Assembly (NCBI GenBank): GCA_963817915.1
Contig: CAWFQL010000017.1
Span: 448,001 to 512,000, forward strand
Reading direction: 5' to 3'
Source: an uncultured candidate division Zixibacteria bacterium
GTDB taxonomy: Bacteria > Zixibacteria > MSB-5A5 > UBA10806
DNA: 64,000 nucleotides
Made by a program: the position numbers and the translations under genes. This document shows, piece by piece, positions 20,451 through 30,210 of the stretch (the first letter of the stretch is position 1; each line of letters begins with the position of its first letter). The notes below the pieces were generated by a model. The model saw nothing but the letters and a program-made list of their open reading frames with translations. It was not told the origin of the DNA and did no database searches.

Positions 20451-20545
20451 AAGAGTGTCGTCAGGTCGCCTGACCTGACGACTTAATCTCAATCAGATTA
20501 AGTCATGAAACCTCATTTTTTATATTGTCTCTTAATCCTCGCTCC
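20451..20545 (+). repeat. 95-bp direct repeat, copy 2
   Basis: 91/95 identical to 18023-18117. Confidence 0.92.
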
Positions 20546-20610
20546 AGCTATTCCCTTGACCTGGAAACCTGACCCCAATAATTATTCCAAATATTATTCA
20601 ATCAACTTTC

Positions 20611-20639
20611 TTGACTATCCGATACATCAAATATATATT
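20611..20639 (+). promoter_or_regulatory. sigma70-type promoter for tRNA-Thr/Tyr
   Basis: TTGACT-17-TATATT. Confidence 0.55.
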
Positions 20640-20730
20640 GCCGACCGACTCGAATGTGTGCCCTTGGGCGGTAGGCGTCCCGCCTGCCCCTTCCTGATAG
20701 GTTTGAGTCAGATGTGTTCTTTGAAAGTGT

Positions 20731-20803
20731 GCCGGAGTAGCTCAGCTGGTAGAGCAGCTGATTTGTAATCAGCTGGTCGGGGGTTCGATTCCCTTCTCCG
20801 GCT
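20731..20803 (+). tRNA. tRNA-Thr(TGT)
   Basis: Cloverleaf GCCGGAG/CTCCGGC, anticodon TGT, GGTTCGATTCC. Confidence 0.96.
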
Positions 20804-20818
20804 TATTCTAAAATAAAT

Positions 20819-20900
20819 GGTGGGGTTCCCGAGTGGTCAAAGGGAACAGACTGTAAATCTGTCGCCGCAGGCTTCGGAGGTTCGAATCCTCCCCCCACCA
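20819..20900 (+). tRNA. tRNA-Tyr(GTA)
   Basis: GGTGGGG/CCCCACC, anticodon GTA, long variable arm. Confidence 0.96.
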
Positions 20901-20922
20901 TTAATACTTACATCGATTTAAT

Positions 20923-21264
20923 ATGCCCGCGAAAAGCAAAAAATCATTTTTCATCATCCATTCCAAGGGCCTCACCGATAAGGCCGGCAAATTGGCGGAT
21001 CAGCTTCGAGCCGAGGGACATACTGTTTATGTTCCCGGCACTCAGACAAAGCAAGACACCGACGAGCTGACAATCTGTACTGCCAACCGCGATGCTATGA
21101 TGAAGGCCGATGAAGTTCGTGTCATTTGGGACGGCACTTCGCATGGAGTGATCTTCGATCTTGGAATGGCCTTCGCTCTCAATAAGCCTGTCAAATTGGA
21201 ATATGTCATTCCGAAATCGATGAAGGGCCTGATGGAACGGCTCAGCGCTCTCGATAATTCCTGA
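20923..21264 (+). CDS. nucleoside 2-deoxyribosyltransferase-like small protein
   Basis: G-H-T-V-Y-V-P..NRDAMMKAD..SHGVIFDLGMAFALNKPV resembles the NDT/RCL signature. Confidence 0.6.
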   Translation: MPAKSKKSFFIIHSKGLTDKAGKLADQLRAEGHTVYVPGTQTKQDTDELTICTANRDAMMKADEVRVIWDGTSHGVIFDLGMAFALNKPVKLEYVIPKSMKGLMERLSALDNS

Positions 21265-21279
21265 TTTTATTTTTCGTCC

Positions 21280-21307
21280 TTGACAAGTTCTTATAGCCGC
21301 ATATAAT
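21280..21307 (+). promoter_or_regulatory. sigma70 promoter for tRNA-Gly
   Basis: TTGACA-16-TATAAT. Confidence 0.75.
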
Positions 21308-21319
21308 TGTATGCTTGCT

Positions 21320-21392
21320 GCGGGAGTAACTCAGTTGGTAGAGTCACAGCCTTCCAAGCTGTTGGTCGCGAGTTCGAACCTCGTCTCCCGCT
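21320..21392 (+). tRNA. tRNA-Gly(TCC)
   Basis: GCGGGAG/CTCCCGC, anticodon TCC. Confidence 0.96.
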
Positions 21393-21578
21393 AATGATTT
21401 CATCCGCCGATTCTGATAATCAAGTTCCATTCTGAAACAAAAATCCAATTTAACGTCGGATATAATTACCGATATGGCTATCCATGAATTTCTAACCTAT
21501 TGTGAGGCAATAAAATTATCATTTAAGCAAGCCGCCTGCCAATCCGATAAAAAATATAGTGCGGCGGTAAAAAAATGC

Positions 21579-21606
21579 TTGACATGAAATCTCAGGGTTT
21601 TATATT
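21579..21606 (+). promoter_or_regulatory. sigma70 promoter for tRNA-Thr-tuf
   Basis: TTGACA-16-TATATT with upstream A tract. Confidence 0.65.
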
Positions 21607-21659
21607 GCAAGTCTGTTATTTACGGGGAATTAACCCGTTTAAGCTATTTGTGTCAAATG

Positions 21660-21732
21660 GCCCAAGTAGCTCAGTTGGTAGAGCACATCCTTGGTAAGGA
21701 TGAGGTCACCGGTTCAATCCCGGTCTTGGGCT
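21660..21732 (+). tRNA. tRNA-Thr(GGT)
   Basis: GCCCAAG/CTTGGGC, anticodon GGT. Confidence 0.96.
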
Positions 21733-21784
21733 TAAAGAAAAACGTGAAGAAGATGAAGACCGAAAAACATAAGGGAGAGTCCTG

Positions 21785-22997
21785 ATGTCGAAGGAGAAGT
21801 TTGATAGGACGAAGCCGCACGTTAATGTAGGCACGATAGGTCATGTGGATCATGGCAAGACGACATTGACGGCGGCGATCACGATGGTGCTATCGAGGAA
21901 GTATTCGAAGGTAGCGATCCGGGATTTTGACAGTATTGACAACGCTCCGGAGGAGAAGGAACGTGGTATAACGATAGCGACGGCGCATGTCGAGTATGAG
22001 ACAGCCAAGCGTCACTACGCCCACGTTGATTGTCCGGGTCACGCGGATTACATCAAGAACATGATCACGGGAGCGGCCCAGATGGATGGAGCTATCCTGG
22101 TGGTCAGCGCTTCGGATGGTCCGATGCCTCAGACGCGCGAGCATATCTTGCTGGCCCGTCAGGTTGGAGTGCCGTTCATCATCGTGTATATGAATAAGGT
22201 AGACATGGTAGACGATCCCGAGTTATTGGATTTGGTGGAGTTGGAAGTTCGGGACCTGCTCAATAAGTATCAGTTCCCCGGCGACGAGATACCGGTGATA
22301 AGAGGCTCGGCTTTGCAGGCGATGACCAAGGGTTCTGATAAGTCGGTATCGATCGACGCGCCGGAGTTTAAGAGCATATTGGAATTGATGGATGCGGTGG
22401 ATAGCTACATACCGGAACCTGTCAGGGATACCGACAAGCCGTTTTTGATGCCGGTCGAGGATGTGTTCTCGATTACCGGCCGTGGCACGGTAGGCACCGG
22501 CAGGGTAGACCGCGGCAAGATCAGACAGGGCGACGAAGTCGAGATAGTGGGCATCAAGGATACCCGCAAGTCGGTAGTCACCGGTGTTGAGATGTTTAGA
22601 AAGCTATTGGATTTTGCTCAGGCAGGCGACAACGTTGGTCTTCTTATTGAGGGGTGTCGATAAGGAAGAGTTGGAACGCGGCATGGTAGTAGCCAAGCCG
22701 GGTTCGATCACGCCGCACAAGAAGTTTAAGGGTCAGGTCTACGTCTTGAAGAAAGAGGAGGGTGGTCGTCACACGCCGTTCTTCAATGGTTATCGTCCGC
22801 AGTTTTATTTTAGGACGACGGACGTTACGGGCAACGTGAATTTGCCGGCGGGGACGGAGATGGTAATGCCGGGTGACAACGTGGTTATGGATTGTGAGTT
22901 ATTGACTCCGATAGCGATGGAGAAGGAGCTTCGATTCGCCATCCGAGAAGGCGGCCACACAGTCGGCGCCGGAGTCGTCACCGAAATAATTGAATGA
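21785..22997 (+). CDS. tuf: elongation factor Tu, copy 1 (apparent +1 frameshift at about 22639-22646)
   Basis: [21 protein letters not shown]-terminus continues in the 22584..22997 frame; one extra base relative to copy 2. Confidence 0.95.
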
Positions 22998-23008
22998 GGA
23001 TTTGAGTT

Positions 23009-23161
23009 ATGCCGAGAGAGATTATTATTTTGGCTTGCGGCGATTGTAAACGGCGCAACTATTCAGATACAAAGAATAAACGGAACCAGCCTGACCGGGT
23101 TGAATACAAAAAATACTGTCCTTTCTGTAATAAGCACACTGCGCACAAGGAAACCAGATAG
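23009..23161 (+). CDS. rpmG: 50S ribosomal protein L33 (Zn-binding C+ form; not in the ORF track)
   Basis: [35 protein letters not shown]. Confidence 0.95.
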   Translation: MPREIIILACGDCKRRNYSDTKNKRNQPDRVEYKKYCPFCNKHTAHKETR

Positions 23162-23168
23162 GTAATAC

Positions 23169-23241
23169 AGGACAGTAGCTCAACTGGCAGAGCTTTGGTC
23201 TCCAAAACCAAGGGTTGGGGGTTCAAGTCCCTCCTGTCCTG
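23169..23241 (+). tRNA. tRNA-Trp(CCA)
   Basis: AGGACAG/CTGTCCT, anticodon CCA, canonical rpmG-trnW-secE position. Confidence 0.96.
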
Positions 23242-23264
23242 CTTAAGCTAAAGAGAGATGGTGG

Positions 23265-23459
23265 ATGTTTAACAAAATTAAGGGCTTCTTCAATGAAGTG
23301 TATCAGGAACTCCAGAAAGTTGCCTGGCCCTCACGCGATGAGCTGGTTGGCTCTACAGCGGTAGTAATCATCATGTCGTTGATTGTTTCGATTTTCATCG
23401 GAGCGGTAGATCTGATCCTCAGGGAATCCATTAACGCGTTGATTCGCATAGCCGGTTGA
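23265..23459 (+). CDS. secE: preprotein translocase SecE
   Basis: ELQKVAWPSRDE plus one TM helix. Confidence 0.95.
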   Translation: MFNKIKGFFNEVYQELQKVAWPSRDELVGSTAVVIIMSLIVSIFIGAVDLILRESINALIRIAG

Positions 23460-23473
23460 CGGAAAAAATCATT

Positions 23474-24004
23474 ATGGCAAAAAAGTGGTATGTGGCCCAT
23501 ACATATTCGGGTCATGAAAATAAAGCCAAAAAGTACCTCGAATCAGCCGCTGAGGCGGAAGGTCTGAAAGAACAATTCGGACAGATTTTGGTTCCAACCG
23601 AGGAAATAGTTGAAATGAAGCAGGGAAAACGGCACACTGCCGTCAAAAAATTCTTGCCCAGCTATATTCTTGTCGAGATGGAGCTGAATAAAGAAACTCA
23701 GCATCTCGTTACATCCACGCCGGGCATCACTAATTTTGTTGGAGCATCCGGAAAACCTGTTGCCCTCCGCGAAAATGAAGTCAAGAGAATCCTTGCGCAA
23801 ATAGACAGATCTAAAAACAGGGAAGCCCTCGATATCCCATACAAAATCGGCGAAGCGGTCAAGGTTGTCGATGGACCATTCTCCGAATTCGCGGGCACTG
23901 TCAGCGAAGTTAATCCGGAAAAACGCAAGCTCAAAGTCATGGTTTCTATCTTTGGACGGCCCACACCGGTCGAGCTCGATTATTTGCAGGTAAAAAGTCT
24001 TTAA
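23474..24004 (+). CDS. nusG: transcription factor NusG
   Basis: WYVAHTYSGHE; KOW motif DGPF; SIFGRPTPVEL. Confidence 0.97.
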   Translation: MAKKWYVAHTYSGHENKAKKYLESAAEAEGLKEQFGQILVPTEEIVEMKQGKRHTAVKKFLPSYILVEMELNKETQHLVTSTPGITNFVGASGKPVALRENEVKRILAQIDRSKNREALDIPYKIGEAVKVVDGPFSEFAGTVSEVNPEKRKLKVMVSIFGRPTPVELDYLQVKSL

Positions 24005-24028
24005 TAATAGATTCATCAAGGAGTAATT

Positions 24029-24463
24029 GTGGCTAAAAAAATTACAGGAATGGTCAAGTTGCAGATACCCGCTGGTAATGCCACACCGGCGCCGCCAGTC
24101 GGACCTGCTTTGGGTCAGCAAGGTGTCAATATCATGGAATTCTGCAAATCATTCAATTCCAGAACCCAATCGCAAGCCGGAATGATTATTCCAGTCGTCA
24201 TTACCGTGTATGTGGACAAGACATTTACATTCATCACCAAAACGCCGCCAGCATCTATTCTCTTGAAGAAAGCTGCCAAATTGGAAAAGGGTTCAGGCGA
24301 ACCCAATCGTAATAAAGTCGGCAAGGTATCAAAGCAGCAAGTCCGCGAAATCGCCCAGCTTAAGATGCCCGATCTTAATGCCAATGACCTGGAAATGGCT
24401 GAAAGAATGGTAGCTGGAACCGCTCGCAGCATGGGAATTGACGTCGAAGGTAGTGAAATTTAG
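24029..24463 (+). CDS. rplK: 50S ribosomal protein L11
   Basis: [20 protein letters not shown]. Confidence 0.98.
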   Translation: MAKKITGMVKLQIPAGNATPAPPVGPALGQQGVNIMEFCKSFNSRTQSQAGMIIPVVITVYVDKTFTFITKTPPASILLKKAAKLEKGSGEPNRNKVGKVSKQQVREIAQLKMPDLNANDLEMAERMVAGTARSMGIDVEGSEI

Positions 24464-24571
24464 ATATCGCTTCAATTTTATCTTCGGATTTAAACAAAGC
24501 GAATGAATTGAAATAATATTATCTAACGGTCGATACGGGGAGACCATTAACAGTTCGGAGTATTAAAAATC

Positions 24572-25273
24572 ATGAAACGTGGAAAGCTTTACAAAGCAGG
24601 CGCAACCAAGATAGAACAAGGCAAAGCCTATACCCTGGCCGATGCCGTGAAGGCTATCCGTTCCGCCGCGCACGCCAAATTTAATGAGACCATCGAGGCC
24701 ACCGTGCGTTTGGGTGTAGATCCCAAAAAAGCCGATCAGATGGTTCGTGGCACTACAGTTCTGCCTCATGGCACTGGCAAAACTATCAAAGTCCTTGTTC
24801 TCACAAAAGGTGAAAAAGTCAAGGAAGCCGAAGACGCCGGAGCCGATTTAGTCGGTGGCGATGAATACGTCGAAAAAATTCAAGGCGGATGGGCTGATGT
24901 TGATGTCATTATCGCTACTCCCGATATGATGGGACAGGTGGGAAAATTGGGAAAAATTCTCGGTCCAAAAAAACTGATGCCCAATCCCAAATCCGGTACC
25001 GTAACTATGGAATTAGCTAAGGCCATTAAATCAGTAAAGGCCGGCAAAATTGAATATAGACTTGATAAAACTGGCAATGTTCAGGTCGGTCTCGGGAAAT
25101 TATCCTTTTCCGATGAGCAGCTCTTCGAAAATGCCAAGACATTCTTTTCCGCGATCGTAAAAGCTAAACCGTCGTCCGCCAAAGGCACATACCTAAAAAA
25201 TGCGACACTATGCTCGACGATGGGCCCTGGAATCAAGCTGGACGTTAATGAACTTCTGGCGATGAGTAAGTAA
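24572..25273 (+). CDS. rplA: 50S ribosomal protein L1
   Basis: [29 protein letters not shown]. Confidence 0.98.
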   Translation: MKRGKLYKAGATKIEQGKAYTLADAVKAIRSAAHAKFNETIEATVRLGVDPKKADQMVRGTTVLPHGTGKTIKVLVLTKGEKVKEAEDAGADLVGGDEYVEKIQGGWADVDVIIATPDMMGQVGKLGKILGPKKLMPNPKSGTVTMELAKAIKSVKAGKIEYRLDKTGNVQVGLGKLSFSDEQLFENAKTFFSAIVKAKPSSAKGTYLKNATLCSTMGPGIKLDVNELLAMSK

Positions 25274-25286
25274 AGGCAGGTATAAA

Positions 25287-25805
25287 GTGACAAAAGACGA
25301 AAAAAATAAAGAAATCGCTGCTCTCAAAGATAGAATCGCCAGAGCAAACGAGATTATAGTCGCGGATCATACCGGCATTAATGTCGAAGATCTTACTATT
25401 CTTCGTCGCAAGCTGAGAGCCGCCAAGAGTGAATTTAAGGTATCGAAGAATACCTTATTGAAAATAGCCGCTAAAGACACAGGAATTGAAGCGCTTGAAA
25501 AGCATTTCACCGGTCCAACTGCTATTATTTACGGATACGACGATCCTTCGGTGCCCGCCAAGATAATCTATGAGGCAATCAAGGAGAAAGAGCGACCGAA
25601 ATTTAAGGCATTCTATCTTGAAGGTAATATTCTCGGATATGAAGATCTCAAGAAGATCGCCGAATTGCCTCCAAGAAATGTCGTCATAGCCAATTTAATG
25701 GGTACGATTGTCGGGCCAATAGCCCAGTTCGTGACACTACTTAACGCCGCGTCAAGCGAGTTTATCGCCACGCTGGATGCCTTAGCTGAAAGTAAAAAAG
25801 GATAG
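25287..25805 (+). CDS. rplJ: 50S ribosomal protein L10
   Basis: LRRKLR..KNTL..GPTA; position. Confidence 0.96.
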   Translation: MTKDEKNKEIAALKDRIARANEIIVADHTGINVEDLTILRRKLRAAKSEFKVSKNTLLKIAAKDTGIEALEKHFTGPTAIIYGYDDPSVPAKIIYEAIKEKERPKFKAFYLEGNILGYEDLKKIAELPPRNVVIANLMGTIVGPIAQFVTLLNAASSEFIATLDALAESKKG

Positions 25806-25885
25806 TGATGGCCCAAGCCTCGTATCGGAGCTTCTAAGTCGCTTTGGGAAAGGCGATTTCCGTGACGAGAAAGTGGAAACCATCA
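25806..25885 (+). promoter_or_regulatory. putative structured RNA in the rplJ-rplL spacer
   Basis: Nested pairings TGATGG/CCATCA, CTCGT/ACGAG, CGGAG/TTCCG, GTCGCTT/AGGCGAT. Confidence 0.5.
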
Positions 25886-25949
25886 ATAGATTATTAAAGT
25901 ATTTAATTAAATAGCCCCGGTTTTAACCGGTTTAAACGAGGATTTGAAA

Positions 25950-26330
25950 ATGAGTGACAGAGTACAACAAGCATTCGATATCATAAAAGAAATGACTGTG
26001 GTCGAGCTTTCCGATCTTTCGAAGAAAATGCAAACCGAATTTGGTATTACACCGATGGCGGCTGCCCCAGTAGCAGCGGCCGGTGGCGCGGCAGGCGGAG
26101 CAGCCCCAGCCGAAGAAAAGACTGAATTTGACGTTATTCTCGAAAATGCCGGAGCCAAAAAGATTCAAGTAATTAAGGTCGTACGCGAGCTTACAAGCCT
26201 CGGCTTGAAAGAAGCCAAAGATCTCGTGGAAGGTGCGCCAAAGCCACTTAAAGAGGGGGTTTCTAAGGAAGAGGCGGCAGACGCCAAGGCTAAATTAGAA
26301 GAAGTCGGTGCCACGGTAGTCCTGAAGTAG
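25950..26330 (+). CDS. rplL: 50S ribosomal protein L7/L12
   Basis: [21 protein letters not shown]. Confidence 0.98.
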   Translation: MSDRVQQAFDIIKEMTVVELSDLSKKMQTEFGITPMAAAPVAAAGGAAGGAAPAEEKTEFDVILENAGAKKIQVIKVVRELTSLGLKEAKDLVEGAPKPLKEGVSKEEAADAKAKLEEVGATVVLK

Positions 26331-26397
26331 TTTTTTATATCTGGCATCGTGCCAGCATAATCTTAAATTTTTAGAATCTTCCCATTAGGAGGTTCTT

Positions 26398-29300
26398 TTG
26401 AGACCATTTTTGAAGGTCGAAAGAAAAAGTTTCGCTAAGTTGAAAGAGCATGTCGAGATGCCCAATCTTCTCGATGTCCAGCTTTCATCTTACGAAAGTT
26501 TCCTGCAACGCGAAGTCCCGCCGGAAAAAAGAGAAAACGTCGGGCTTCAAGGAGTGTTTACTTCTATTTTCCCAATTACGGATGTCCACGAACTGTTTTC
26601 GCTGGAATTCGTAAGATATTCGCTCGGAGAGCCGCGCTATTCTATTCGCGAATGCCGCGAAAGAAATATGACCTTTGGCGCGCCGCTTAAAGCCACCTTA
26701 CGTCTTGTCGTAAGAGAACAAGTAGGCGAATCAACCGAAAAAGTTGTCAAAGACATCATCGAACGAGACGTCTTCCTCGGCGAATTCCCTCTGCTTACCG
26801 AAAACGGTACTTTCATTATCAACGGTGCGGAACGAGTAATCGTTAGCCAGTTGCACCGTTCTCCAGGTGTCTTTTTCGATGAAGAAATTCATCCCAATGG
26901 CAAACGTCTATTTTCCGCAAGAATTATTCCTTATCGCGGTTCCTGGGTTGAATTCTCTCTCGATGTCAACGACATCATGTTCGTTCATATTGATTCCCGT
27001 CGTAAGATGGCCGCTACTACATTATTGAGGGCATTGGGTTATTCCACCAACGAAGATTTGTTGAAGACATTCTACAAAATTTCAAACGAACAGGTATCCA
27101 CTCGTCGCGGAAATAAATTCATTGGCGCGATTTCCGCGCAAACTATAGTCGATCCTTCTACTGGGGAAGTTGTTCTCAAGGCCAATGAAGAGATAACCGA
27201 CGAACTCTTTAAGAAAGTATGCGATCTGAAAATCGAGACTCTTGATGTTCTCGATATCGACCTCGCGACGGACGCGGGAATTATAAGAAACACTATCGTA
27301 AAGGATACGACTACCTCCTTAGAGGAAGCGCTATTCAAAATATACGCGTTGATTCGGCCGGGCGACGCTCCGACTCTTGATCTCGCGCAAGATTTGCTCG
27401 AAAAGCTGTTCTTCAATCCCAAGCGATATGATCTCGGCGAAGTTGGCCGGTATATGATTAACCAGAGACTTAATCTTGATGTCCCGCTTGAGGAAACAGT
27501 TCTTAATAGAAAAGATTTCCTGGCCATAATCAAATATCTTATTAATCTGCGAAATGGCGCCGGCGATGTCGATGATATCGATCATCTTGGCAATAGAAGA
27601 GCGCGCTCAGTTGGCGAGCTTCTGTCAAATCAATTCTCGGTCGGTTTATCGAGAATGGCCCGGACTATTCGCGAAAGAATGAGTCTCAAGGATAATGAAC
27701 AAATATCTCCGCATGATTTGGTTAATGCCCGCACTGTCTCCGCCGTAATCGATAGCTTCTTTGGCTCGTCTCAGCTTTCGCAATTCATGGATCAGACTAA
27801 TCCTCTGGCGGAATTGACTCATAAGAGAAGGCTGTCGGCATTGGGTCCGGGAGGACTTACTCGTGAGAGAGCGGGATTTAAGGTCAGGGACGTTCACCAT
27901 ACGCATTATGGTCGAATCTGTCCTATTGAGACGCCTGAAGGTCCGAACATTGGTCTTATCGCTTCTTTATCGACTTATGCGAGAATCAATCGCTACGGTT
28001 TCTTGGAAGCCCCATATCGCGTGGTAAAGAATGGCAAAGTCACAGCTGAAATCCATTTTCTTACTGCCGACATGGAAGATCGTTATGTGGTGGCGCAGGC
28101 TAATGCTCCTCTTACCAAAGATGGTCATTTTGAATCTTCGCTAATCAAGTGCAGAGAAAAAGGCGAATACATATTGGCTCGGCCCGAGCAGATACACTTC
28201 ATGGATGTTTCCCCGAAACAGATGGTCTCGGTAGCTGCGGCTTTGATTCCCTTCTTAGAGCATGATGACGCCAACAGAGCTTTGATGGGCTCAAACATGC
28301 AACGTCAAGCCGTGCCGCTTTTGATCACTGAACCACCGGTAGTTGGTACAGGTATCGAAGGCAAGGTTGCTGTCGATTCTGGCGCCGCTCTTATTGCAAA
28401 AAGGCCGGGAGTCGTGGAATTTGTCGATGCCGATAAAATCCTCATTCGACCTGTCCGCCGCGGCAAAGAGAAATTACTTGAGTTGGTGGAATTCGATGAA
28501 TACGAGCTTACGAAATTCAACCGATCCAACCAGGATACTTGTTTGAATCAAAGGCCGCTCGTGAACGTCGGAGATAAACTTGAAGTCGGTGACGTCATTG
28601 CTGATGGTCCCGGAACCTCGGATGGCGAACTTGCGCTTGGTGCTAATGTCCTTGTTGGATTTATGCCCTGGAGAGGATATAATTTTGAGGATGCTATTAT
28701 CGTTTCCGAACGATTAGTGTCTGACGATGTATTTACATCAATTCATATAGAAGAATTCGAACTTCAGGTTCGCGATACCAAACGCGGTCCAGAAGAAATT
28801 ACAAGAGAAATTCCTAACGTTTCCGAAGAAGCTTTGTTGAATCTTGATGAACGTGGAATTATTCGCACCGGAGCCGAAGTCGAAGCCGGCGATATTCTTG
28901 TCGGAAAAGTTACTCCGAAGGGTGAAACCGAGCTTTCTCCGGAAGAGAGACTTTTGAGAGCCATATTCGGCGAAAAGGCCGGCGATGTTCGTGACGCTTC
29001 TTTGAAGGCGCCGCCCGGAATGAAGGGCATTGTAATTGATACCAAAGTATTTTCGCGTAAAGAGCGCTCTGAAGCCGCCAAAAAGCAGGAGCGTACTGAT
29101 ATTACTCGAGTGAAGAAAAATTTCTCCAAGCAGATCGAGTATATCGTTAATATGCGAAATAAGAACCTGGGTATCATCCTCGATGGCACGACCGCCAGAA
29201 CCATCAAAGACGAAAACGGCGAGGTTGTCATTAAGGCCGGTACTAAATTCAAAGAAGATAGTTTCGAACATTGCAATGCACAGGATTTGGTAGCTGAAAA

Positions 29301-30171
29301 TGGCTTCACTGGCGACGATAAAGCCAATCAGAAAGTCGATCAGCTTCTCCAGCAGGCCAAGGCCCTGATCGACAATAAAAAAATAGTGCAGGAAATTGAA
29401 ATTGAGAAAGTGGTTCGCGGCGCGGAATTGCCTCCCGGTGTAGTACAGCTTGTAAAAGTCGCGATAGCTACAAAGAGAGTGCTTTCGGTCGGCGATAAAA
29501 TGGCAGGACGTCACGGTAATAAAGGCGTTCTGGCTAAAGTAGTGCCAATTGAGGATATGCCATATATGCCTGATGGCACGCCGCTTGATATTATATTGAA
29601 TCCGCTCGGCGTTCCTTCAAGAATGAATGTTGGTCAGATACTTGAAACGCATCTTGGATGGGCCGCAAAGCTTCTCGGTTTCAAGGTGGCAACGCCTGTT
29701 TTTGATGGTGCCTCTGTCACCGAAATTAAAGAACTGCTCAAAAAGGCTGGACTTCCCGAAGATGGCAAATCCGAGCTTTACGATGGACGTACCGGTCAAC
29801 CGTTTCATAATAAAATCACTGTCGGATATATGTACATGATGAAGCTTTCGCATCTCGTCGACGACAAAATTCATGCCCGTTCTATCGGACCTTACTCTTT
29901 GGTTACTCAGCAGCCTCTGGGCGGTAAAGCCCAATTCGGCGGCCAGAGATTCGGCGAAATGGAAGTCTGGGCTCTTGAAGCGTACGGCGCCGCTTACACC
30001 TTGCAGGAAATGCTGACAGTTAAATCCGACGATGTTTCAGGAAGATCGCGCATCTATGAGGCGATCGTTAAGGGAGAAAATCCTCCTGAACCGGGTATTC
30101 CGGAATCATTCAACGTGCTTGTTAAGGAGCTCCAATCCCTGGGTTTGGATGTTGATTTGATTGAGAAGTAA
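26398..30171 (+). CDS. rpoB: RNA polymerase beta subunit
   Basis: [42 protein letters not shown]. Confidence 0.99.
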   Translation: MRPFLKVERKSFAKLKEHVEMPNLLDVQLSSYESFLQREVPPEKRENVGLQGVFTSIFPITDVHELFSLEFVRYSLGEPRYSIRECRERNMTFGAPLKATLRLVVREQVGESTEKVVKDIIERDVFLGEFPLLTENGTFIINGAERVIVSQLHRSPGVFFDEEIHPNGKRLFSARIIPYRGSWVEFSLDVNDIMFVHIDSRRKMAATTLLRALGYSTNEDLLKTFYKISNEQVSTRRGNKFIGAISAQTIVDPSTGEVVLKANEEITDELFKKVCDLKIETLDVLDIDLATDAGIIRNTIVKDTTTSLEEALFKIYALIRPGDAPTLDLAQDLLEKLFFNPKRYDLGEVGRYMINQRLNLDVPLEETVLNRKDFLAIIKYLINLRNGAGDVDDIDHLGNRRARSVGELLSNQFSVGLSRMARTIRERMSLKDNEQISPHDLVNARTVSAVIDSFFGSSQLSQFMDQTNPLAELTHKRRLSALGPGGLTRERAGFKVRDVHHTHYGRICPIETPEGPNIGLIASLSTYARINRYGFLEAPYRVVKNGKVTAEIHFLTADMEDRYVVAQANAPLTKDGHFESSLIKCREKGEYILARPEQIHFMDVSPKQMVSVAAALIPFLEHDDANRALMGSNMQRQAVPLLITEPPVVGTGIEGKVAVDSGAALIAKRPGVVEFVDADKILIRPVRRGKEKLLELVEFDEYELTKFNRSNQDTCLNQRPLVNVGDKLEVGDVIADGPGTSDGELALGANVLVGFMPWRGYNFEDAIIVSERLVSDDVFTSIHIEEFELQVRDTKRGPEEITREIPNVSEEALLNLDERGIIRTGAEVEAGDILVGKVTPKGETELSPEERLLRAIFGEKAGDVRDASLKAPPGMKGIVIDTKVFSRKERSEAAKKQERTDITRVKKNFSKQIEYIVNMRNKNLGIILDGTTARTIKDENGEVVIKAGTKFKEDSFEHCNAQDLVAENGFTGDDKANQKVDQLLQQAKALIDNKKIVQEIEIEKVVRGAELPPGVVQLVKVAIATKRVLSVGDKMAGRHGNKGVLAKVVPIEDMPYMPDGTPLDIILNPLGVPSRMNVGQILETHLGWAAKLLGFKVATPVFDGASVTEIKELLKKAGLPEDGKSELYDGRTGQPFHNKITVGYMYMMKLSHLVDDKIHARSIGPYSLVTQQPLGGKAQFGGQRFGEMEVWALEAYGAAYTLQEMLTVKSDDVSGRSRIYEAIVKGENPPEPGIPESFNVLVKELQSLGLDVDLIEK

Positions 30172-30210
30172 TGTCATCCGTTAACGGATATTTAAATTAA
30201 GGAGACTTTC

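Noticed and set aside
20505..20768. 87-aa ORF
   Set aside because: It overlaps a direct repeat, a promoter and tRNA-Thr
22584..22663. Programmed frameshifting or true pseudogenisation of tuf, ldcA and the other split genes
   Set aside because: All breaks are +1 insertions at unrelated, mostly non-slippery sites, the genes show no other decay, and EF-Tu is essential; sequencing error is more parsimonious
24464..24571. L1-binding leader between rplK and rplA
   Set aside because: A small GGTC..GGGAGACC hairpin is present, but I could not match the L1-site consensus convincingly by eye; needs an Rfam scan
28738..29514. Long antisense ORFs inside rpoB, rpoC, fusA, nusG and ribosomal genes (for example 258 aa here)
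   Set aside because: Antisense shadows of conserved coding sequence with biased codon usage
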